A stretch of DNA of 64,000 nucleotides, from contig OZ024746.1 of the NCBI GenBank assembly GCA_964016885.1, positions 23,498,001-23,562,000 on the forward strand, written 5' to 3'. This DNA comes from Eledone cirrhosa (lineage: Eukaryota). The notes under the pieces were generated by a model. The model did not search any database and was not told where the DNA came from. It saw nothing but the letters and a program-made list of their open reading frames with translations. The position numbers were made by a program, and so were the translations under genes. Below are positions 12,650 through 24,300 of this stretch, piece after piece. How positions within the stretch are numbered: the stretch's first letter is position 1; the number at the start of each line of letters is the position of its first letter.

Positions 12650-13348
12650 TGTTGACCCCTTACTGACCTTTTCACAAAATCCTTGACCCTCCCTCACTGA
12701 CCACTTCACAGAATCCTTGACCTCTTTACGGAAGCCTTGAACCCATTCACAGAATTTGTCCCCTCATTGATCCCTTCATGGAATTCTTAACCTGTTATTG
12801 AACCCTTCACCCATTCATTAACCCCATCACAGAACTCTTCCCCCATCTATTAACTCCATCATAGAACCCTTGATCTCCTTATCAACCCACTTCATGGAAT
12901 CCTTAAACCAGGCTTCGGCAGCCTTTTTTGATCAGTGGGCCACATAGGATATGTCTCAGCATATGGCGAGCCACACTACTAACAAATTCAAGGCAGTTTT
13001 AAAATCAGGCATGCCATTCAGAAAGCCAAACGGGCCACATGCGGCCCACAGTTTGCTCATGACTGCCTTAAACCCTCATTAACCTCTTCATTGAAATATC
13101 CCCCCACTTCCTTGACACCTTCATAAACTCCTTTAAGAAATCCTTGACCCCTTGACAGAAGCTTTGAACCCCTTCATAGAATCTTTGACTCCTCATCAAC
13201 CCATTTCACAAAAATGTTTGACCCCTTCCTATAATCCTCCACTCTATCATTGATCCCTGTACGGAACCTTTGACCCCTCATCAACTTCACAGAAGCCTTA
13301 CCTCTTTATGAACCCATTCATGGAGCACTTGACCTCTCAACAACCTCA
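12650..13348. repeat. Old degenerate minisatellite interrupted by a hAT MITE
   Basis: Recurring CTTCACAGAATCCTTGACCCCTCATTGA-like units. Confidence 0.6.
12909..13065. mobile_element. hAT-family MITE
   Basis: CAG...CTG ends with imperfect TIRs, internal GGGCCACAT motifs, exact 8-bp target-site duplication CCTTAAAC at 12901-12908 and 13066-13073. Confidence 0.85.
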
Positions 13349-15479
13349 GGTATGTACAAAAATATATAAATAAATACATTAATCAGTAAATAGAACATAG
13401 AACAAATCCCTATGGAGTCAAAATGAGGGGAGCTGGGTTGCTTACAACAAAGTTTTTTGTCATTGTTGGTGTCTCACCTTACTAAAATGTTGGGTGGTCC
13501 ACATGAGTGTACTTAGCTATTATAGTGATTTAGCCTCAATATCATTCTTGGTAATCCCATGAGTATCTTGATTTTCTTCAAAAATATTTAGAAGGCAACA
13601 CTTGTATTCTCTATTGCACAATGTGTAATTAAGGGATCTGCCAGATTTATTGGGTGGGGGTGAATCCCCTGGACACCCCTTATCAAACAGGAGCTCTTCT
13701 AGAAACAGTCCTTGGTCCTGCAAACCTGAACTGCACTGGTCTCCCTAAGGTTTAAACATGACCCTGCTGAGATCCCCTGCAGTAAAGTACAGGCCGTTTT
13801 CGAAAATATTTAAAGGGCAATACCAGTAAGTATTCTTTCATGTACAGTGAGTAATTTAGTGTGTATGTCTTCCCTTTTTTTCTTTTCACCCCCCCCCCCC
13901 CTTTATTGATGTGTTCCTTTTTGATTTAACTGGAATTGTTATTGTTATTAACGTTATTTTCGTTATTGTTATTATTTTTTAAAATGGGGAACTGAATGTA
14001 AAATACATTTGTTTTATAAAATAACGTAATGTTAGACAACAAAATAATGTTTAAATGAAACAAAAAAGGAAAGGGAAAGAAGAAAAAGAAGAAAGAGATT
14101 TAAGCAACGAAGGGCAAGGAGAGATGGAGGGACAGACTACACACAGCAGTCTGAGTGGTGATTCAGCCATGCCCCACAGACAAAACAGCAAAGAATATAT
14201 TATGTTCTTAATAAAAAAGAGACAGTTGTTAGATCAGACCAAGGAAGCAATGTTTCCATTTAGTTTTCCCATTGCTGTTACTACCTGTTGGTCACAACTC
14301 ACTGGCATCAGGAAGAAGCAGGATTTGAACTCAGTCAACACAGAACCAGATAAGATATTATACAACATCCTATCCAAATCTTTTAGCTATTCACTGGCAC
14401 CAGGAGATGGGATTTGAACTCAGTCAGACAAATTGTTTTGTGGTATCTGATTCAGCTCTGTTCATTCTGAGTTCAAATCATGCCTCTTACTTCCATTGAT
14501 TGTTGTCAACAAAGAATAAATGATAATGCGTGTGTGTATGTGTGTCAGATGTAAACAAAAATCAAGTAAGTGAAATATTTAATTTTTAAAGGAAGAATTT
14601 TGTTTTTAAAATATACATTATTTTTTATAATGCAAGGGAGGCAATTACAACTGTAATGACAGAAAAGGGGGAAAAACAGTAGAGACTTTAAAAGAGATTA
14701 TAATTCTAATATAGGAACGGGGTTCTTGTATACGTCCCGCCAATATCTTAGTTTTTGTGTAAAACAATAGTTGCTATTTTTACCTAGTTTAACAAAGACA
14801 GGTAGAATTGTGAAAGCAAAGTAATCTTATATATATAATTTACGTGTCTCTATGTGGTAACAGATTTTGCCTTTCGCCCATTCGAAATCGATAAAAAAAT
14901 ACCCGTTAAGTACGGGGTGGGGGATCGATTCTTTCTCTATATCTCTTTCTCACTTCTGTACTTTCACTCCTTCTATCCTTCTTTGGGAGAAATCTGCTGT
15001 GGTCAGGCCAGGAGAAAAGATGGGTTCCGCCAGGTTTAAAAATGCCCTGTAAACGCCGTTAGAAGTCACGGGACCATACATCCATGTGTTGACTGATGTT
15101 ATTACCAGCATCAACCCAGCGACAGACCCAGGTTTCTTTGCCCAAGCTGTTGAAGTACCGGCCGTTTTCCGATAGGCTTGTCGTTGAACCTTTAGCGGTG
15201 GAGGCTTCCATAGTTCTTGATACTCGAACCACCTCCTTACTCGTTGCTATTGGGACGGAGTTGCCCATCCGCAGGAGTGAGCCCCACCAGTTTAGAATGA
15301 CTAATTCAACACGTCGCTCTCTATATCCTCCCGGGTAACACTTCCTCCTCGCTATCTGCTGGGACCACGTGACTGTTTGCCTATGGGGTTCTGAAAGCCA
15401 AAGCATGGTCACTCTCATTAACTGGGCTTCTATCATTAGAATGGGGTGGAACCTTTAATTTTTAAGGTGATTTTTAAAA

Positions 15480-15530
15480 AACTCATTCGGTGAGTTTCGG
15501 TCGATATTCTTTCAGGCCATCGTCAGGTTC
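15480..15530 (-). ncRNA. Hammerhead core motif lacking stem I
   Basis: Minus strand CTGACGA-T-GGCC...GACC-GAAAC-TCA-CCGAA-TGA-GTT. Confidence 0.4.
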
Positions 15531-15559
15531 TCTAGGGCCTATTGTGTTTCAGTTTGTAT

Positions 15560-16430
15560 AATTATAATAACAACAACAACATTAATAATAATTTCATTTA
15601 TAGCCACAAGGACTCAGGACGCTGGGGAACAATAAAAAAACAAAGGTAACAAAACAACATCAAATAAAGGGAAAACGTCATCAATGAAGTGAACAGTAGG
15701 AATAATAATAGAAATTGTAATATACATAGCAATAAAGAAAACAATGACAAATGTTAACAAGGACAATCGTGGGAAACTGTACTTTAAGATAATTGTTTCT
15801 ACTTTTGGCACAAGGCTAGCAATTACCCAATGCATTACTGGTACTTTATTCTATCGATAATCTCAGAGAGAAACCTCACACAAAGCCCCGGATTACTCTG
15901 TTACTTCACGGTTCTTTTCTCCAATTTAGAAAAGTATAATCATATTAGAGCCGTTTAGTTGCGTCTATCTCGCCGCTCTCACCCATCTTTCATAAAACAC
16001 ACTAGAAAGAAACATATACCTCTCTACCTTCACATGCCACTTCAAGTTGATGAGGGCTAGGCCTCTTAGACGAGTTCATACGGTTTCCTTCACCATAGCT
16101 AAACAGAGAAGAAAAATTGCCATGCCTCTCTTCTGAAAGGTGTCAGTTCAATCTTCACTCTAGACCCGACTGATAGCCGGATCTGTCTTACAAGTGATAG
16201 CAGTTGTTCAACACAAACCTAGAATGCACGGGCACTGGGCGATAGCATGCAGGACGGTTTCATCGCTCCGTGTGCATCTCGGACAGGTCCGGCTGTTAGC
16301 ACACCCGTGCCTGTAGAGCTTGACATGAACTGGAAGTGCCCATCTATAGCACTGCTATTCCAAGGATTTGAGGAAATTGTCCATGATCTCCGACCTGAAA
16401 GTCATCCTGAAATCACGGTTTCTGTATTAG
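15560..16430 (-). mobile_element. L1/Tx1-clade LINE 3' remnant
   Basis: Minus-strand translation with stops: DNFLKSLE*QCYRWALPVHVKLYRHGCANSRTCPRCTRSDETVLHAIAQCP = C-terminal CCHC (zf-RVT) motif; 3' UTR ending in (ATT/GTT)n; SINE A fragment inserted at about 15788-15858. Confidence 0.8.
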
Positions 16431-17229
16431 CCACATAGTGATCACATTAAGAAAATATTAAGGACGACACTGTGGGTTTATGCGGAGGATTGGCACAGTC
16501 GGACGGGATGCTTTGCGGTATAAATTCGGCTCTGTACGTTCTTAATTCAAATCCCACCGCCTTCTGCCAGTTGTGACTGGCAGATAGTATAAACAATGGA
16601 AAAACAAATGCAAACATTGCTTCCTTAGTCCAACCTGACGATAATTAAGCAGGTGAAATACAGATTGGCAGAATTGGTAGAGCGTCGAACAAATCTCTTG
16701 CGATATTTAATTATGACCCATTTCGTTCTTTGTTTAAATCCTGCCCACCCCTCTCACACTCGGAAGTTTATTGAAGAAGTACCGGTAGAATAATCAGGTC
16801 AATCTAATCGATTACACTATATCTCTAATTCAAAGTACTCTCCTCAATTAAATCTTGTATTAACAGTCCTTCACGTCCTGAGTTCGAATCCCAGCGATGT
16901 CAAATTATGCTTTTATTATTTTGAGAATCGATAACATAAAGTACCAGTCAAGTACTGAATCGATTTATAAGCAAATCCTATAAGCCCCTCTATGTTGAAC
17001 TGAAAGTAAAATCCGATGAAAATGACATGACGGTCGTATCCAACGAGTGATAATAACCCAAATAAATATTTCTTTGTTTTTCTTCAAAACATCCAGTACA
17101 TCGGATCTGCTGGTTTTACTTCTATTTCAATATAGAAAGCTTCTATGATTTTGCCGATTTATATCTTAATAATTCATCTTAGATGTGAATGAAATTATAA
17201 TAATAATTTAAAAAATCCTATTTTGAATT

Positions 17230-17323
17230 GAGTACGAAACGGCGGCGCAGTATTCAATGATATCGATTGATGGATGCTGCCTTTACTTAATATTAAATCA
17301 CGTGTCATAATTGTCGGGCAGCC
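17230..17323 (+). promoter_or_regulatory. Putative SNX6 proximal promoter / 5' UTR
   Basis: CpG-containing unique sequence directly before the ATG; DRE-like TATCGAT at 17261-17267 and E-box CACGTG at 17299-17304. TSS not determinable. Confidence 0.45.
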
Positions 17324-17329
17324 ATGATG
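17324..17329 (+). CDS. SNX6: SNX6 coding exon 1 (MM)
   Basis: gcagccATGATG|gtgggt; good Kozak context; 136-nt intron to exon 2; SNX6 begins MM. Confidence 0.8.
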
Positions 17330-17989
17330 GTGGGTGGATGTCGTTTTTTGTCGACTTTCTCATCTGTTTTTATACAGTATCCATATTTCTGACTATTTAA
17401 TCTTATCTAAGTCTTCTGCATTACTATACAGTCAAATTCATAATCATATTTTTCTTATTCTCTAGGACGGATTAGATGACAGTCCCGACCTTTTAGGCGG
17501 TGATCAGAACAAGGTAAGCACTTACCTTAATTCTCAGCATTGTTATTTACGTTAATTGATCGTTAAAACTTTTCCCTCTGTTTAGTTTACTTACAACTAT
17601 TCTCTTTTACCGTTACGTTTCAAGCCACACTAGATTGGCTGTCCTCGCTTTCGCTTCTTTTATTCATGTAGCATCGTCAATACTTCATTACGCCTGTCAT
17701 TAGTTTCATTCACTCTTTCGGTTTTTCTTTTTAAACAAAATTATTATTATTATTATTATTATTATTCATATCTTGATGTTAGAGAAAATTACAGTATAAT
17801 GTTACTTTATTAACGTTAATGACATTTCCGATTCTTCATATTATTCAATATAGATCTTTTTATCTGGTACACACACACTATATATATTTATATATATATA
17901 TATTATATATATATATATTATATATATATTATATATATATATTATATATTATATATATATATATTATATATATATACATACATATGACT

Positions 17990-18028
<39 letters not shown>

Positions 18029-18074
18029 CATACATATGACTTGTGTGTATATATATATATATACACATATGACT

Positions 18075-18113
<39 letters not shown>

Positions 18114-18121
18114 GACTTGTG

Positions 18122-18152
<31 letters not shown>

Positions 18153-18385
18153 GACTTGTGTATATATATATATATATATATACATATGACTTGTGTATAT
18201 ATATATATATATACATATGACTTGTGTATATATATATATATATACATATGACTTGTGTGTATATATATATATATATATATGACTTGTATATATATATATA
18301 TATACACATACATGTGACTTGTATATATATATATACACATACATGTGACTTGTATATATATATATATATACACATACATGTGACT

Positions 18386-18435
<50 letters not shown>

Positions 18436-18499
18436 CACACACACATACATGTGACTTGTATATATATATATATACACACACACATACATGTGACTTGTG

Positions 18500-18533
<34 letters not shown>

Positions 18534-18665
18534 TACATGTGACTTGTATATATATATATATACACACATACATGTGACTTGTATATATATATATATATAT
18601 ACACACACATACATGTGACTTGTATATATATATATATATATATACACACACATACATGTGACTTG

Positions 18666-18701
<36 letters not shown>

Positions 18702-19237
18702 TACATGTGACTTGTATAACTGATGTTTCCTCAATACTTTCAAAAACACCACCAGTGATAGTTTGAAGTAGTTTTATTTCTCGTCAAAATATTGCTGAAC
18801 AGTTTTCATTAGATCCCATTCAATGAAATTTTCACAATTATATTGAAACGGTTAATGGGAAAAGCGTGATTAGGTGCAAATTTTAATTGGCATTTGATAT
18901 TAGTTAATCTGTACATTTAATAAGTATTTGTACAGACGGAACTAAAAAAAAATCCACGCGACATTTTACAAAACGTCTCATTTCATTCATCCTTTCGTTT
19001 CAACTTACATTGGCACAGATTAAACGTTTAAGCGATTTCCGCTTCCATCATTTTAGGGGATCTTCTGTGTTAATAAATACATATTTGCTCTACCGTTTTA
19101 TATATATTGTTGCATAAATGTATATATAAACTAAGCTCAACGGTCAAGCATAAACCTTTTAAGCTTAGATGCTTTTAAAACACATGAAACACTCGTCTCA
19201 ATTAGTACTGTCGTATCCATATACAAAAATGTTTGTA

Positions 19238-19268
<31 letters not shown>

Positions 19269-21275
19269 TATATATTCGTAGCCATATATATTGAAACAAA
19301 AGGATATATATATATATATATAAATGAGACTATACTAAACCAACACGGTTTTATACGTCAAAAGTATTTGTATAAAAAGTTGACTGTTAAATAGTTTATC
19401 ACACACCCCAATTATTTTAGTTCGTTGTGGGTCACTGATTTAGTTGATGGCAACGAAACGAGTCTGTCAGAGTATCTGACATTAGTAAGGAAATGATTGA
19501 GATGAATTAGTCTTAATACGTTAAAGTACCCACCCTTATTTTAGAGCTAAAGTGAGTATCTATGTGGTCGCTTGATTTGCTAGAAATAGCAGCCAAATTT
19601 CCCTGTTTTCCACATGATTAATTAAAGCACATTTGGTCACACGTGTTGGTTATGCCAATGCAGGCATGGGACTAAAGAACTGGTTTTGGTTATAGGCACG
19701 TAACACCCAATGTTTATGTCTGTGTGTATGTATATATGCTCACATAGGGGGGTGTGTGTATGTTGAAAGTATTGGGTCAATGTTCGCATGTGTATATACA
19801 TATGTTCATATGTGTGTGTGTGATTGTATATATATACATGCATGTGTGTGTTGAAAGTATGGGACAACGTGTGTGTGTGTGTATATATGTGTGTATATAT
19901 ATATATACATACATACACGTAAGCAGACATTTCAAACTATCCATTACGCAATATAGTTTTAATAATTTAAGCAATTTCGTTTTTTTATATATTGAAGTTA
20001 TAACTATTTCTTATTGTATACAGACCGAAGGACATCTAATTTCACCGTTGTTGTTTTATAAATCTATACACGCATATTAAATTACTCATGCTAAGGGCTT
20101 CACTTGAAACATTAAACTCAACTTTTTCAGTCACATGAAAATACACTCTTTATTTATATTTATACACGTATTTTCTGTTTGCTGACCGTCTGCTTGTTTA
20201 CCACTAACCAATACATCTTTTAACAAAATGAAAATATCTCTATCCAATTTACTGGATTCAGTGCGTACAATACATTTATAGTTAGGGTTCCCTCCTGTGT
20301 GTTATATATTGTCGAAAGACTAATCGTCTTTTTTGTCCATTTGTTACACTCTTGTGCTCTAGAGCCAGTTGTATCGATCTTAAAGCAACGAAACAACGTA
20401 TCTTGCGATCGACTGATGAGATGGGACTGTTTCATTCGCTTTTCTGTCGTCTTCGCCCATATATATTTTGTATTCATTATATACTTATTTATTCCGTCTT
20501 GTTTTTGTTTACTTGTTCTGGTGTTCATTATATATAATGTGTGTGTGTGTGATAAGAGGAGCATGCGAAATGAATTCGGTGAATCGGACGAGATATTTTC
20601 AGTTTCTTTTAAAGGCGATCTGTTGTCGAATATATCGGTTTGTTTGAATGGAATAATCTTGAAGATGGTTGCTGTGGTCGACTGATTTTTTTTTTTCTTT
20701 CAGTAAAACTAACAAGAATATATATTACTTCCTCCTTTATTTAAAAGTAGATTAAAAAAAACGGTCTCGGATTTTCCTTAAGTTGTTTATTTCGCAGTAT
20801 CTATAGCTATCTTTCACCAAGTGGGCGTAACCCAGTAAATATTCGCTCTTCTGAATTGTCATCTGGTTTTGTGTTGGTATGTCTCTCTCCTTCGCTGTTC
20901 TTATCTGTAGTATGTATGGACAGGGGGCAGACGAAGCTTGCATGGGGCTCTTCGCTGCAATCGTCGTCATTGCTCTTACGTATTTATGGCAGCAAAAATA
21001 TATTTGGATCCCTTTAAATACTGTGAGGGCCCTTGGCTACAGTACAGTCAGCTCCCCAACTCTCTTAATCCGCCAACATTTGTTGTACAGGAATTTACAT
21101 TGTGGAAGCAAACTAAGCAAATAAATAATTGATTGTATCAGATTGTTGGAAAACAGATAAGGATTCGATTTATTGGTTGGCTTTTATTTCTTCTATGCAT
21201 GCCAGTTTGGTGAACCAAACATTTGATCAATACATAAGCACGCGTTTGTATGTATATACACACGCGCGCGCGCGC

Positions 21276-21323
<48 letters not shown>

Positions 21324-24300
21324 ATATATATATATGTGTGTGTGTGTATATATGTATATATGTGTGTGTGTGTATATATATATATGTTATATACAAGTAT
21401 GATTATATAGCGGTGTTTTGGAGAAGTTGAAACGATATTTCTTTGCAACGCCCCTTTCTATTTAGAGTTCTCTAACGGCTATATATCACAGACCACTTTG
21501 TAACTCGTGTCTGTTTTTTCTTTTTCTTTGTTTTCTTCGGAGATAAATTTATTAAATTTGAGTTCTGGGTATTTTTTTAAAGCTTGTTTTTAGCAACAAT
21601 TTTGTTACTTTTTGTTTTTTAATTTAACTGGTTAAAGTTTATAACAAGCATTTTAGGGTCATTTTGCATGCTAAAGCAGGCTGAGTGAGAGGCTTCATGC
21701 ACATGGAGTCTTTTTGTGGGAATGTTTTACAGCTGGATGCATTTCATGGCGCCAACCCTTTTAGTCACCTATTATGACATAGGGATGTGTTGTACCTGTT
21801 CTAAACTAGATATATGCAGTATAACATGACATCTGTTTTACACAAGTTTTCACTAAAATATTTGATTTATAAACATTTTTTCTCATTGTGGTTCTTTTCC
21901 ATGAACACCAACTTTTCACTTTCAACACTTGTTTACACCTATTTTCCTACTTGGTGACCTTTGCAAATATTCATCATATGTTCGTTTTCCATGCTGGTAT
22001 AGTTTGGAGAGGGTGTCAAGGTCCGAGGCTAGATGGGTCGGAGAGATTTTATTTTGCTGTGTTGCAGTGTACTGGGTGTGTTTTATTTGGACCAACACTA
22101 CTACATTATAGAGCGCACTGGATGCATTTTATAGCAATATACTCGACCAAACTGAAGAGTCCTATTCTATATTATTTCTGTTCTATTGCCAATTACAGTG
22201 TGTATTGGGTGCATTCTATCATAGCACCAACACTAGAGAAGTTGTGATGTATTCAACAGAGCCAGAGGGTCCCTTCTACTCTACGTTGGCTTGATCTGTT
22301 CACCTACCTCTTAACAGGATACTGAGTGTATCCCATCATAAGTTTCATCCATTGCAGGCTAAGGTTTCTCACCACATTTAGTTTTAGTTGCTCAAAGTGA
22401 GCTCCAGTGACTTTTTCTCCCATGTTACACATCACCAATTTTTTTTGTTGAACTCAACATAGCTTTGAACCATGACTCTTATGGTTGAGCTGCTTCACTT
22501 ATGATCTCCACTTCATAATTTACCAGCTGTAAAATATCTTTTTTACCTTTTTCTTATCTTCATAAGCTATTAACTTCAGCTATTTCTTTAATCTTCCTTT
22601 CCTATATTCATACACAACACTTTCCCATATATGTTTTATCTGCAAACAACTTTAACACATCCATTCAGTCCATACAAGGTTCATGAACTAAGTAAGACCT
22701 TCGAAACATGAACACTTATTTTCATCTCTTACAGCAACACACAATGTTAGGACTTTTATTAGAATACTCAAGAAAAATTATATAGAGATATAACCTCATA
22801 CAAGGCTAGTTAAACCTACATAGGTGTTAGCTGTAACCACAATCAATACATATATTGAGGAAACAAACTTGTACTTCATTTTAACCCTTTTGTTACTATA
22901 TTTCTAAGAGTTTGTAAATAATTTTGAAAAAAAAAAAATCAAGAATTAAAAGGGATTTAGAAATATAATTAGCTTTCTCATTATCAAGTAGTTGTTTTCT
23001 ATATAACAAAGGTTCTTACATAGAATTATAATGGAAAGTTTTTAGACATATATAAATATTTATAAACGCAAGTATCATAAAACTAGGGACAGTTCGGTAT
23101 CAACAGCTATCAACTAAAACGCCAATGTCATTACAAATGCTTCACCCCACAATCTTTCTCTTGGTGACCCCCACATAGCATAACAGGCTTTAGTTTTCAG
23201 TCATGTCAATGACATAACATCCCTAGTGTTGGTGACATGATTAAAATGCAGCCAGTACACTTTGTAAAGTGGTTGGCATTAGGAAAGGCACCCAGCCATA
23301 AAAACTATGCTAAAATTGGAACACATGTAAATGAAACGCAATTCCTGCATGGGTGGACAGTAGCTCTGAATTAAGTACTTGGTCTGTAGCAGCTCATGAC
23401 AGTGTAGGCACATGGATGTATAATGATGAAACACAGCACACTTTAGAATAAGTAAAACATATTTTGGTGCTCTTTGTACCTAAATTCAAAAATCTATTCA
23501 AATAGATAAAGTTGAAATATAAATAATAAAAAAATTATTTGTACTTCCATCTTCAGTCAATAAATGGAACAAAGTTATCAATGAGAAACATAGATTTGGT
23601 GTTTTTTTGGCAATGTTTTCTTAGTTTAGTTTATGAATTTCAATTTGTATTTTTCACATTTTAAAATAGAAGTTTGGTCTTTTTTTGTCACACCTAATTA
23701 CATCGTGATGTGATGCACCAGTAAGCTGAGGTGCACAGTTTGGCAGCCATTGGTATAGGGACTCAGTATTGTTTTATGCAAAAACTGCAGAAAAACAGCC
23801 ATGTCATTTTGTGAGATTTTTGGAGATGGATGAAATAATATTCTGCAGACCAAATCAATTTTATTACAGCATGGAAGAACTATTATCAAAAATCAATGAC
23901 TTGTCTTCAACTATTATAGCTATCTTTTTATTTTTTACAATTTGGCAACTGTACATTATGTAAAAGTGCATGGCTTAGTGGTTAGGTTGTTTAGCTCATG
24001 GTTATGAATTTGAATCCTGGTGGTGTGTTGTGTCCTTGAGCAAGACAATTTATTTAGCACTACTTCAGTTAACCTGGCTGGAAAAAATGAATTGTACCTG
24101 TAATTCAATGAGTTAGCTTTGTCACACATTTTGTCATGATTAATTTTTCTTATTGCTACATTAAGGTTGCATGTGTCTGTGGAATGCTCAGCCACTTGCA
24201 TATTAATTTCACAATGGGTGCTCCATAATGGGAACACTCATCAATGGAATTAACAGGGGTCCAACACATGACACTGTATCTTGTAACTCAAACACATATA

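Noticed and set aside
16630-16672. CTGACGA...GAAAT..ATT hammerhead-like string
   Set aside because: No stem II or stem I pairing; overlaps a SINE head; likely chance
17819-18752. YI-rich ORFs and a CRISPR-like repeat/spacer look
   Set aside because: Spacers are just (TA)n; eukaryotic intron; no cas genes
20299-21132. Standalone small ORFs in SNX6 intron 2
   Set aside because: No recognisable homology, mostly non-ATG starts, low-complexity hydrophobic composition
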